From an uncultured bacterium (GTDB lineage: Bacteria; Krumholzibacteriota; Krumholzibacteriia; LZORAL124-64-63): a DNA stretch of 64,000 nt. The notes below the pieces were generated by a model that worked only from the letters and a program-made list of their open reading frames with translations, was not told the DNA's origin and made no database searches. The stretch is from contig CALMJK010000005.1 of assembly GCA_937864225.1 (NCBI GenBank), positions 456,212 to 520,211 on the forward strand, read 5' to 3'. Positions 26,615 to 35,467 of this stretch are shown here, in pieces. Numbering within the stretch: the first letter of the stretch is position 1; each line of letters starts with the position of its first letter. A program made the position numbers and the translations under genes.

Positions 26615-27496
26615 CTAGGATTTTAGGCTGGCGGGCGCGCGCCGCGCGGCCTGGAGCCGGGCGGCGCGGCCGAGCATCGCGATCGCCACGGCCAGCGCGG
26701 GCAGGGACGCGGCGAGGTACGTTGCGGCGGTCGCATCGAAGCCACCGGCGGCCGTCTCCTGCCCGTCGGCGCGCAGCATCATGGTCAGGGCCACGCCGTT
26801 GTGCGCGGCGTGGGCCGCGGCGCAAGCGGTGACCGAGCGCGTGAGCGCCCAGACACAGCCCATGAGCAGGCCGACGCCCACCAGTCCGAACAGGTACCAC
26901 GGTTCGCCGTGCAACAGCGCGAAGGCGAGGGCGGCCAGCACGGCCGCCGGCCAGGCGCCCCAGAGCCGCGCGGCGAGCCGCTGCAGGATCCCCCGGAAGA
27001 GCAATTCCTCCGCCACGGGAGCGACGAGCATGACCGCGGCGTAGGCCATAACGATCGCCGGGCCGGAGCGCGGCAACTGACGGGCGTACAACTCCTGCCA
27101 ATGCTGCGGCACGGGGTGCAGGCGCGTGGACAGGTCCGCCAGCACGGATGTCGGCGCGAGCGAGGCGAGGGCGGCCGCCACCGACCAAACCAGCACGCCG
27201 GCCGACGGGCGGTCGAGGGCGAAGTCTCGCCTCAGTGAGCCCCCGGTCCCGCGCGCGAGCAGCGCGCACGGCAGCAAGACTCCCAGCAGGCCGCCCGCCG
27301 CGACCGCCGCGAAGATCCGGTCGGTGAGCGCGAACGTCGCGGCCTGCACGCCGGCGTTCGCCGTCAGGCACGCCAGCGCCCAGACCAGCAGGCGCAGGCC
27401 GCCCCAGGTTCGCCACAGGTCCGGCCGGGGGCCGGGGCCACCGTTTCCTGCTGGGCCCGGCGGGTCGGGGCTTGGATCGCGCGGCTCGTCTTGCAT
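26615..27496 (-). CDS. CPBP family intramembrane glutamic endopeptidase (CAAX protease-like)
   Basis: Motifs EELLFRG, FALLHGE, HAAHNG in order. Confidence 0.85.
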   Translation of the reverse strand: MQDEPRDPSPDPPGPAGNGGPGPRPDLWRTWGGLRLLVWALACLTANAGVQAATFALTDRIFAAVAAGGLLGVLLPCALLARGTGGSLRRDFALDRPSAGVLVWSVAAALASLAPTSVLADLSTRLHPVPQHWQELYARQLPRSGPAIVMAYAAVMLVAPVAEELLFRGILQRLAARLWGAWPAAVLAALAFALLHGEPWYLFGLVGVGLLMGCVWALTRSVTACAAAHAAHNGVALTMMLRADGQETAAGGFDATAATYLAASLPALAVAIAMLGRAARLQAARRAPASLKS

Positions 27497-27612
27497 GACC
27501 TGGAACGTCCCGGATGGGGGTCAGACCCCCTTGGCAGGGGGCGCGCCAGCGCCTAAGATGCCACGGTCCGCGACAGGGCGCCAGGCGGCAACGGCCGCGG
27601 GAAGGGAGGGGT

Positions 27613-28356
27613 ATGCCCCGCAAGAGCGCGCAACGCTCGATCCAGGCCGTCATCTTCGATCTCGACAACACCCTCTACGATTTCCTCGGGGCGAAGGACC
27701 AGGCGATCCGGGCCGCGATCGATGCCATGATCGACACCGGACTGCCCCTGACGCCCGAGCAGGCGCGGGAGCGGATCGACCGCATCTATCGCGACAAGGG
27801 CATCGAGTACCAGAAGGTGTTCGATGCCTTCCTGCACGAGGTCCTCGGCGAGATCGACGACCGGATGCTGGCCGCGGCGGTGGTGGGCTACCGGCGTTCC
27901 CGCGACGGCACGCTGGTGCTCTATCCGCACGTGCTGCCCACGCTCACCCGGCTGCAAAAGGAGGGCTACCGCCTGGCCGTGCTGAGCGACGCGCCGCGCT
28001 ACGAGGCCTGGATCCGCCTGTGCATGCTGCGCTTGCACCACGTCTTCGACCTGGTGCTGACCTTCGACGACACGGGCATCCGCAAGCCCAGCCCCGCGGG
28101 CTTCCGGCTGGCCCTCAAGCGCCTGGGGCTGGAGCCCCGGCAGGCCGTGATGGTGGGGGACTGGCCCGAGCGCGACATCGTCGGGGCGAAACGGGCCGGG
28201 ATCCACACCGTCTACGCGCGCTATGGCGACGCGCCGGGCCCGGATCGGCCCTCGCCGCAGGCCGGCTCCGGCGCGGACTTCGAGATCGACGACCTGCTGC
28301 AACTGCTCGACGTGCTCAACCGGCTCAACGCGGGCGAGGGAGGCGAGGGCGGGTGA
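27613..28356 (+). CDS. HAD-IA family hydrolase
   Basis: VIFDLDNTLYDF, VLSDAP, KPSPAGF, MVGDW…D motifs; GGGAGGGG RBS before ATG 27613. Confidence 0.85.
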   Translation: MPRKSAQRSIQAVIFDLDNTLYDFLGAKDQAIRAAIDAMIDTGLPLTPEQARERIDRIYRDKGIEYQKVFDAFLHEVLGEIDDRMLAAAVVGYRRSRDGTLVLYPHVLPTLTRLQKEGYRLAVLSDAPRYEAWIRLCMLRLHHVFDLVLTFDDTGIRKPSPAGFRLALKRLGLEPRQAVMVGDWPERDIVGAKRAGIHTVYARYGDAPGPDRPSPQAGSGADFEIDDLLQLLDVLNRLNAGEGGEGG

Positions 28357-29933
28357 GAGTCGCGACGGCTGGCGAAATGGCCGCCATCGACCGCGACACC
28401 ATCGCGGGCGGCGTGCCAGGCAGCGAGCTGATGGAGCGGGCGGGCCGCGAGATCGTGCGCGCCGCGCTGGATCTCTTCCCCGAACTCGCTCCTCCCGCCG
28501 GCGTCGCCATCTGCTGCGGCAAGGGCAACAACGGGGGCGACGGTCTGGTCATGGCGCGGCTGCTGGACAGCCTCGGCTTCGCCGTGCGCGTGATGCTGCT
28601 GGCGCTGCCGGAGGATCTGTCCCCCGACGCGCGGCTCAACCTCGATCGTCTGCCGCCCGGCGTGCCGGTGATCGCGGTGCCGCCCGAGGAATGGAGCGAG
28701 CGTTGGCTGGCCATGTGCGGCGAATCGGAGCTGGCGGTGGACGCCGTGCTGGGCACCGGCGTCAAGCTGCCCCTGACGCCGCCGTACGCGGCGCTCTGCG
28801 CCGCTTTCGCCCGCGTGCCGACGCCGGTGCTGAGCGTCGACATCCCGTCGGGCGTGGCCGGCGACAGCGGGCGCGTCGACCCGGTGGCGGTGCGCGCCGA
28901 CGCCACGGTCACGGTGGGACTGCCGAAGCTCGGGCTGCTGCTGCCGCCGGGACGCGATCACATCGGCGACCTGGCGGTCGTCGACATCGGCTTCGACGCC
29001 GCCCTCGTGCGCGCGCGGACGGCCGACCGGCACTGGCTGGCGCCGGACGAGCTGGCGGATCTGCTGCCGCCGCGTCCCACCGACGGTCACAAGTACCTTT
29101 TCGGCGCCTTGCTCGTGCTGGCCGGCTCGCGCGCCTACGGCGGCGCGGCCGCCCTGGCCGGCCTGGGCGCCTTGCGCTCCGGCGCGGGCCTGGTCACGGT
29201 GGCGGCGCCGGCGCCGCTCGAAACGCCGCTGCGGATCGCGCTGCCGGAGGCGTTGATCGCGCCCCTGGCGGCGACCGCGGCCGGCACCGTGGCGCCGTTG
29301 CCGCCGTCGGACGTCGCGCGCCTGCTCGACAGGCGCCACGCGGTGGCGGTGGGGCCGGGTTTGGGCGAGGATCCGGCGACCGACGCTTGGGTCGTGGATT
29401 TCCTCGCCGGCCTGAAGCAGCCGGCGGTCGTGGACGCCGATGCCCTTTCCGCCTTCGCGAGGCTGGGCAGGACGCCCGCCTTCGGTTCGTCCGAGGTGGT
29501 GGTCACGCCCCACGCCGGGGAGCTCGCGCGCTTGGTCGGCGTGCGGCCGGCCGAGGTGGAGCGGCGCCGACTCGAGCTGGCGCCGGAGCTGGCGGCGCGC
29601 TGGCGGGCCGTGGTGCTGCTCAAGGGTTCGCCCACGCTCATCGCGACGCCTGACGGCGCGGTGGCGATCAACCACACGGGACACGACGCGCTCGCCCACG
29701 CCGGGACCGGCGATGTGCTGACGGGCCTGATCGGCGGCCTGCTCGCCCAGGGCTGCGCGGCGCGGGACGCGGCGCTGCTCGGCGCATGGCTGCACGGTCG
29801 GGCAGGCGAGACGGCCGCGGCCGGCCGCTCCAGGCGGTGCGTCCTGGCGCGCGAGGTGGCCGACGCCCTCCCCGACGCCTACGCGGACCTCGAGGCCGTC
29901 GCGGACGCCGACCGCCCGCGGCGCGGGCGGTGA
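28353..29933 (+). CDS. nnr: Bifunctional NAD(P)H-hydrate epimerase / ADP-dependent dehydratase
   Basis: YjeF-N (ICCGKGNNGGDGLVMAR) + YjeF-C (GHKY…LLKGSPT…GTGDVLTGLIGGLLAQG); GTG overlaps HAD stop (GTGA). Confidence 0.85.
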   Translation: MRVATAGEMAAIDRDTIAGGVPGSELMERAGREIVRAALDLFPELAPPAGVAICCGKGNNGGDGLVMARLLDSLGFAVRVMLLALPEDLSPDARLNLDRLPPGVPVIAVPPEEWSERWLAMCGESELAVDAVLGTGVKLPLTPPYAALCAAFARVPTPVLSVDIPSGVAGDSGRVDPVAVRADATVTVGLPKLGLLLPPGRDHIGDLAVVDIGFDAALVRARTADRHWLAPDELADLLPPRPTDGHKYLFGALLVLAGSRAYGGAAALAGLGALRSGAGLVTVAAPAPLETPLRIALPEALIAPLAATAAGTVAPLPPSDVARLLDRRHAVAVGPGLGEDPATDAWVVDFLAGLKQPAVVDADALSAFARLGRTPAFGSSEVVVTPHAGELARLVGVRPAEVERRRLELAPELAARWRAVVLLKGSPTLIATPDGAVAINHTGHDALAHAGTGDVLTGLIGGLLAQGCAARDAALLGAWLHGRAGETAAAGRSRRCVLAREVADALPDAYADLEAVADADRPRRGR

Positions 29934-29939
29934 ACCGGC

Positions 29940-30950
29940 GTGCGGGTGCTCGGCATCGAAACGAGCTGCGACGATACCAGCGTGGCCCTCTATGACGAGG
30001 CGAGGGGCGTCGTGGCCAACCTCGTCTCGTCACAGCTCGATCTTCACGAGCCGTTCGGGGGCGTGGTGCCGGAACTCGCTTCGCGGGCGCACCTGGTCAA
30101 CCTTTTGCCGATGATCGACCATCTCCTCGCCCGCCAGTCGCTGCGCCTGCGCGATCTGGACGGCGTCGCCGTCACGGCCGGCCCTGGTCTCATCGGCGCC
30201 CTGCTGGTCGGGCTGTCCACGGCCAAGGCGATCGCTTTCGGCGCGGGCCTGAAGCTGATCGGCGTGCATCACATCGAGGGGCACATCCTGGCCAACGCGC
30301 TCTCGGGGCCGCTCGTCCTGCCGGCGGCGGTCCTGGTCGTCTCGGGCGGCCACACCGAAGTGGTCATGATGGAGGCGGTCGGCCGCTACGAGAGGCTCGG
30401 CGCGACGCTCGACGACGCGGCGGGCGAGGCGTTCGACAAGACGGCCCAACTGCTGGGCTTGCCGTATCCGGGAGGCCCGGCGATCGACCGGGCCGCCGAG
30501 GGCGGGCGTTCGGGCCGTTTCCGGTTTCCCCGGCCGATGCTCGACGACGCGCGCGTCGTGTTCAGCTTCAGCGGCCTCAAAACGGCCGTGCGGCTCGCGG
30601 CCGCCGGTCTGCCTCGGCCCCTGTCGCCGGAGGATGTCGCGGACCTGGCCCGGGAAACACAGGAGGCGATCGTCGAGGTTCTCGTCGCGCGGCTGTTGCA
30701 GGCCGCCCGGCAGCGACGCGCGCGCGCCGTGTACCTGGCGGGAGGGGTGGCGGCCAACCGGCGCCTGCGCGCCGCGACCGCCGCGGCGGCCCGGGACGCC
30801 GGGCTGCATTTCCTGCCACTGCAGCCGGCATACTGCACCGATAATGCCGCGATGATCGCCTATGCCGGTTGGTGCCGGTTGGCCCACGGCCAGGCGGACG
30901 GCTGGGATCTGGACAGTTTTGCCCGCGCTCCCGTGGTTTCCTGGCGCTGA
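29940..30950 (+). CDS. tsaD: tRNA N6-adenosine threonylcarbamoyltransferase
   Basis: MRVLGIETSCDDTSVAL…HHIEGH…SGGHTE Kae1/TsaD signatures. Confidence 0.9.
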   Translation: MRVLGIETSCDDTSVALYDEARGVVANLVSSQLDLHEPFGGVVPELASRAHLVNLLPMIDHLLARQSLRLRDLDGVAVTAGPGLIGALLVGLSTAKAIAFGAGLKLIGVHHIEGHILANALSGPLVLPAAVLVVSGGHTEVVMMEAVGRYERLGATLDDAAGEAFDKTAQLLGLPYPGGPAIDRAAEGGRSGRFRFPRPMLDDARVVFSFSGLKTAVRLAAAGLPRPLSPEDVADLARETQEAIVEVLVARLLQAARQRRARAVYLAGGVAANRRLRAATAAAARDAGLHFLPLQPAYCTDNAAMIAYAGWCRLAHGQADGWDLDSFARAPVVSWR

Positions 30951-31100
30951 CAGGCCCTTCTCTTGCCCGTCGTGCCCCGTGCCGGCCCTTTGGCTCCCGC
31001 AGATCCTCCCATGGCATGCAAATTGCCCAATCGGGCCGGAAATGCCAACGGACGCGGCCAATGCATCAGTTTGCACTCCCAACCGGTTTCGGGGGCGGGC

Positions 31101-32087
31101 ATGAGCACGGGTCGAAAGATCCTCGTCGTCGATGACGAACCCCACATCCGCAAGATCCTGCAGTTCCTGCTGACCCAGGAGGGGTTCGACGTCGTCCTGG
31201 CCGAGAACGGCGTGGTCGCGCTGGAGAAGGTGGCGGAGTCGACGCCCGACCTGGTTCTGCTCGACGTGATGATGCCCAAAATGGACGGCTTCACGGTCTT
31301 GCAGCACCTGCGCGAGAACGTGCGCACGAGCTGGGTGCCCATCATCATGCTCACGGCCAAGGGGGAGAGCGCCGAGAAGGTCCGGGGCCTGCGCGGCGGC
31401 GCCAACGACTACCTGACCAAACCTTTCAATCACGACGAACTGATGCTGCGGATGCGCAACATGCTCGACTGGAGCCAGGCCCAGCGCGACGCCAATCCGC
31501 TGACGGGATTGCCCGGCAACCGCGCCATCGAGCAGGAGATGCAGCGGCGCACGCAGGTCGGGCGGCCGTTCAGCTTCCTGTATCTGGACATCGACAATTT
31601 CAAGAGCTTCAACGACTACTACGGTTACTCGCGCGGGGACCAAGCCATCACCTTCCTGGCGCGGGTGCTGGTGGAGTCGGTCGCCGCGGTCCAGGACGGC
31701 GGCGCCTTCATCGGCCACGTCGGGGGCGACGATTTCATCCTGATCAGTTCGCCCGCCTGCTCCGACGAGGTGGCCCAGCGCATCATCGAGAGCTTCGATG
31801 CGGGCGTCGTCGAGCTCTACGATCCGGCCGATCGCGAGCGGGGCTACATCCAGGTGCGGAACCGGGCGGGCCTGGAGCGCACCCTGCCGCTCATCACGTT
31901 GACCATCGCCCTTGTTTCGGACGCAACCTGCCAAGCGCAGCACATCGCCCGCCTGAGCGACATCGCCGCGGAGCTGAAAGCCTACGGCAAGACGATCACC
32001 GGCAGTTGCGTCGTTCACGAGCGCCGTCTGCCCAGCGAAACGCCAGCCGTGACCACCGTGACCAACGGCGGCAAGGATACGCGCTGA
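31101..32087 (+). CDS. Response regulator: REC domain fused to GGDEF-like domain with GGDDF signature and no RxxD I-site
   Basis: REC: VVDDEP…LLDVMMPKMDG…TAKGE…TKPF; GGDEF fold: NPLTGLPGNRA…LDIDNFKSFNDYYGYSRGDQ…HVGGDDFILIS. Confidence 0.85.
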   Translation: MSTGRKILVVDDEPHIRKILQFLLTQEGFDVVLAENGVVALEKVAESTPDLVLLDVMMPKMDGFTVLQHLRENVRTSWVPIIMLTAKGESAEKVRGLRGGANDYLTKPFNHDELMLRMRNMLDWSQAQRDANPLTGLPGNRAIEQEMQRRTQVGRPFSFLYLDIDNFKSFNDYYGYSRGDQAITFLARVLVESVAAVQDGGAFIGHVGGDDFILISSPACSDEVAQRIIESFDAGVVELYDPADRERGYIQVRNRAGLERTLPLITLTIALVSDATCQAQHIARLSDIAAELKAYGKTITGSCVVHERRLPSETPAVTTVTNGGKDTR

Positions 32088-32091
32088 GCGT

Positions 32092-35067
32092 TTGCTGCCC
32101 GATGTCCGACGAGGGCGGGAGCCGTCAGTGGAACGCCTTTTCGACAGTCGCGACTTCCTGCTGAGGCAGCTGCGTTGGGCGGAGCTGACGGTGGGCTTGG
32201 TCGTCGTGCTCGTCTCGCGCGAGCTCGCCGATTTCCCTTTCCCGCTGCTGCCGGTGCTGATTCTCTTCGCGGGCGCCTTCGGGCTGCAGGCGTGCCTGGT
32301 GCTGCTGACCCGATCCTGCGCGGCGTCTTTGCCCGTTCTGCCCATCCTGGTCGCGGACGCGGCGACGTGGCTGCCGCTGCTGGCGCTCACCGGCGGCGCG
32401 GCCAGCCCATATCCCTTTTTTCTGCTGTTTCCCGCCGCCCACGTTGGCCTGCTGGCCGCGACGCTGCGCGCCGGCCTTTGCGCCACGGGGGTCCTGCTCG
32501 GTCTGTTCGCCGCGACGGTCGCCGTGCGCTGGCCCGGCGAAATCGCCGCGCCGCCCGATGGCGGATTGGTGCTGGGGATCACGCTGCTGCTGGGCGTCCT
32601 GCTGTCCTCGGTGACCTATCTCGTGCGGACCGCCCGCAGCACGCTGCCGCCCGGCTGGGTGGCCTTGCCGGAACCGGTCGAGAACCTGGCGCAGCGGGCC
32701 GCCGGCGAAACCGGTCTCATCCTGGGGGAGAACGGCGACCTGCCCGACCTGCTCGAGGAGGCCGTGCTGGCGCTGACGCGCATCCCGGGCGTCGTCTTCG
32801 CGGCCGCCGTCACGGCGCCCGGGTGGCCGGCTTCGGCGCGCCTCGGCGGCGAGGCCGCCGGCCCCAAGCGCTGCATCGTCTCAGGCGAGGGCCATCTGTG
32901 GCCGCAATGGTTCGATCTGCCGCGCGAAGCGGCGGTTTTCTTCGATCTGGTCGAACACGACCCGGAACAGCCGTTCGTGGCCGGCGCGGCCGACGCGCTG
33001 CGCAAGATCCATTTCCCACTCACGGCCGGCGCGCAATTCGACCGCTGGCTGATGGCGCCGTTCGGCCACCGCGACGAAGCCGGCCTGGTCGTGCTGGTGG
33101 GCATGCGCTCGCGAGAGGCCGACCCGGCCTACGTGCGCCTGACGCTGGCTCACCTCGACAGCCAGATCGCGCCGCTTCTGGCGGCGAGCGGCAACCTCGC
33201 GCGGCTGCGGGGCGAGCTGGACAGCCTGCACGCCGAGAACGAGACCCTGGCGCGAATCAACAAGATGCAGAGCGACTTCGTGGCCGTGGCGAGCCATGAG
33301 CTGAAGACGCCGCTCACCGCGATCACCGCCTACGTCGAAGCCCTGCAACGGAACTGGGGGCGGCCGGATTTCCGGCAAGCCGAGGATTTCATGGGGATCA
33401 TCCGCGAAGAAGCCGGGCGGCTGCTGCGGATGGTCAACCGCATTCTGGACTTTTCGCGCCTCGAGTTCGGCCAGCGCCTGCTGAACCGGCGGGTGATGGA
33501 CATCGAACCTCTCTTGCGCGACACGCTGCGCGCGATCGAGCCGCTGGCCGTCCAGAAACGGCAACGCCTGTCCATTGAATGTCCGCCACTCTTGCCGCGC
33601 GTGGAGATCGACGAGGATCTGATCCGCCAGGTCATGGTCAATCTCGTCAACAACGCCGTCAAATACACGCCCGACGGCGGATCGATCACCGTGCGCGTGA
33701 GCGAGGACGCCGCGACGGTGCGCGTGGAAGTGCAGGACAACGGCGCGGGCATCGCCGCCGAAGAGTTGCACCGCATCTTCCGCCAGTTCTACCGGGCGGG
33801 CGGCGCTAGCGAGACCGTGGAGGGTTTCGGGCTGGGCCTGTCGATCGTCAAGAACATCATCGATCTGCACGGCGGACACATCGACGTGCAGAGCGAAGTG
33901 GGGCGGGGCTCGACGTTCGTGGTGCACTTGCCCAAGGAGCACCACCTGAACCCGGTCACCGCCGCGATTCTGGGCGATCTCACCACGCGACCGCAATTCC
34001 AGCAGCTGCTCCGTTTGACCGTGCGCATGGTCGCCGAAATGACCGAATCGAAGATCGTGTCGCTGATGCTGCTCGATCGGGAGGGACGCAGCCTGGTCGT
34101 GCAGTCGGCTTACGGGCTGAACGAATCCATCGTCAAGAGCGCGCACGTGACCATCGGCAAGGGCATCGCGGGCAAAGTGTTGCAATCGGGCCGGCCTTTG
34201 CTGGTCAAGGATGTCGAAAAGGACGGGCTGCTTGCGACGAACAACCGCGGCCAGTACGAGACCAATTCGCTGGTGTCGGTGCCGCTGAAGATCGAGGACA
34301 GGGTCGTCGGCGTCATCAACGTCAACAACAAGGTCTCCGGCCTGCCGTTCGCCGAGGACGACCTGGTGCTCGTGACGACGCTGGCGGACAAGGTCTCCGC
34401 CGCCCTCGCCGAGGCGATGAAGGTCGATTCCTCGCAGCGGCGCGTCGAGAAGATCGTCGACGCGCTGCAGGCCCTGATCGTCATGAAACGCAAGGCCGTG
34501 CCCACGGCCACGCCGCTGGCCCTGCGGCTGATCGTGCAGACGGCGCGGCGGTTGGGCTTGTCGCCGTCGGAGATCCAGCGCCTCCAGTACGTGGCTTCCA
34601 TGCACGACGTCGGCATGGTGACCGTCGACGGCGAGATCCTCGCCAAGTGCGGTCCTCTCACCGACGATGAGCGCGACGAGGTCGGCCAGCATCCGGAACA
34701 GGGCGTGACCCTGATGCAGCCGTTGCTGCAGGCGCCCGACATGGACAGCATCATCATGGCCCACCATGAGCGCCCCGATGGGCGCGGCTATCCGCTGGGG
34801 CTGCGGGGCGGCGACATCCCCGTCGGCGCGCGCATTCTGGCCGTTGTGGACGCCTTCTTCGCGATGGTGCAGCGACGGCCGTGGCGAGCGCGCTCCTCGG
34901 TGCCCGACGCGGTCGCCGAATTGCGCGCCAACGCGGGCTGCCAATTCGATTCGCCGGTCGTGACGGCCTTCGTCGCGATTCTCCAGCAAGAGGGACTGCT
35001 CACGAGCGACAGGCCGGCGGTGGCCCAGCCGGCGGGCGCTCCCGCGGGCGGCGGCGGGGAGGGTTGA
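32092..35067 (+). CDS. Hybrid sensor: multi-TM / GAF-like / HisKA / HATPase_c / GAF / HD-GYP (intact HD…HHExxDGxGYP)
   Basis: H-box ASHELKTPLTAI; N/G boxes VNLVNNAVKYT…DNGAGIA…GFGLGLSI; GAF; HD-GYP: SMHDVGM…HPEQG…HHERPDGRGYP…VVDAFFAM; TTG start per track (alt GTG ~32138). Confidence 0.85.
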   Translation: MLPDVRRGREPSVERLFDSRDFLLRQLRWAELTVGLVVVLVSRELADFPFPLLPVLILFAGAFGLQACLVLLTRSCAASLPVLPILVADAATWLPLLALTGGAASPYPFFLLFPAAHVGLLAATLRAGLCATGVLLGLFAATVAVRWPGEIAAPPDGGLVLGITLLLGVLLSSVTYLVRTARSTLPPGWVALPEPVENLAQRAAGETGLILGENGDLPDLLEEAVLALTRIPGVVFAAAVTAPGWPASARLGGEAAGPKRCIVSGEGHLWPQWFDLPREAAVFFDLVEHDPEQPFVAGAADALRKIHFPLTAGAQFDRWLMAPFGHRDEAGLVVLVGMRSREADPAYVRLTLAHLDSQIAPLLAASGNLARLRGELDSLHAENETLARINKMQSDFVAVASHELKTPLTAITAYVEALQRNWGRPDFRQAEDFMGIIREEAGRLLRMVNRILDFSRLEFGQRLLNRRVMDIEPLLRDTLRAIEPLAVQKRQRLSIECPPLLPRVEIDEDLIRQVMVNLVNNAVKYTPDGGSITVRVSEDAATVRVEVQDNGAGIAAEELHRIFRQFYRAGGASETVEGFGLGLSIVKNIIDLHGGHIDVQSEVGRGSTFVVHLPKEHHLNPVTAAILGDLTTRPQFQQLLRLTVRMVAEMTESKIVSLMLLDREGRSLVVQSAYGLNESIVKSAHVTIGKGIAGKVLQSGRPLLVKDVEKDGLLATNNRGQYETNSLVSVPLKIEDRVVGVINVNNKVSGLPFAEDDLVLVTTLADKVSAALAEAMKVDSSQRRVEKIVDALQALIVMKRKAVPTATPLALRLIVQTARRLGLSPSEIQRLQYVASMHDVGMVTVDGEILAKCGPLTDDERDEVGQHPEQGVTLMQPLLQAPDMDSIIMAHHERPDGRGYPLGLRGGDIPVGARILAVVDAFFAMVQRRPWRARSSVPDAVAELRANAGCQFDSPVVTAFVAILQQEGLLTSDRPAVAQPAGAPAGGGGEG

Positions 35068-35453
35068 TGGCCCAGCGCGTTTTGATCGTCGATGACGAAG
35101 CGCCGCTCGTGAACCTGCTCGCGCAGGCCTTGAGCGACCATCGATTCCAGGTCGCCAGCGCGCGCGACGGCGTGGACTGCATGAACAAGGTGGCGACCTT
35201 CAAGCCCGACGTCGTCGTGATGGACGTGATGATGCCCCGGCTGGACGGGGTGGACGCCACGCGGCTGATCCGGCGCAACCGCAGCTGGAGCGACGTGATC
35301 ATCATCGCCCTGTCGGCGCGGTCGGACCCCGCCTCGCGGGACCAGATCATCCAGGCCGGCGCGGACCTGTTCGTGAGCAAACCGTTCTCCATCCAGCGGC
35401 TGATCGGGCAGATCCAACGGCTGCTCGTCGCGCGGGCGCGACCGGCAGGCTAG
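35067..35453 (+). CDS. Single-domain response regulator (CheY-like)
   Basis: ATG overlaps upstream stop (TGATG); LIVDDE…VVMDVMMPRLDG…ALSARSD…VSKPF. Confidence 0.85.
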   Translation: MAQRVLIVDDEAPLVNLLAQALSDHRFQVASARDGVDCMNKVATFKPDVVVMDVMMPRLDGVDATRLIRRNRSWSDVIIIALSARSDPASRDQIIQAGADLFVSKPFSIQRLIGQIQRLLVARARPAG

Positions 35454-35467
35454 GAGCGAAGCACTCG

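Noticed and set aside
31101-32087. Calling the REC-GGDEF protein an active diguanylate cyclase (PleD-like)
   Set aside because: Signature reads GGDDF and the RxxD I-site is absent; activity cannot be assumed from sequence.
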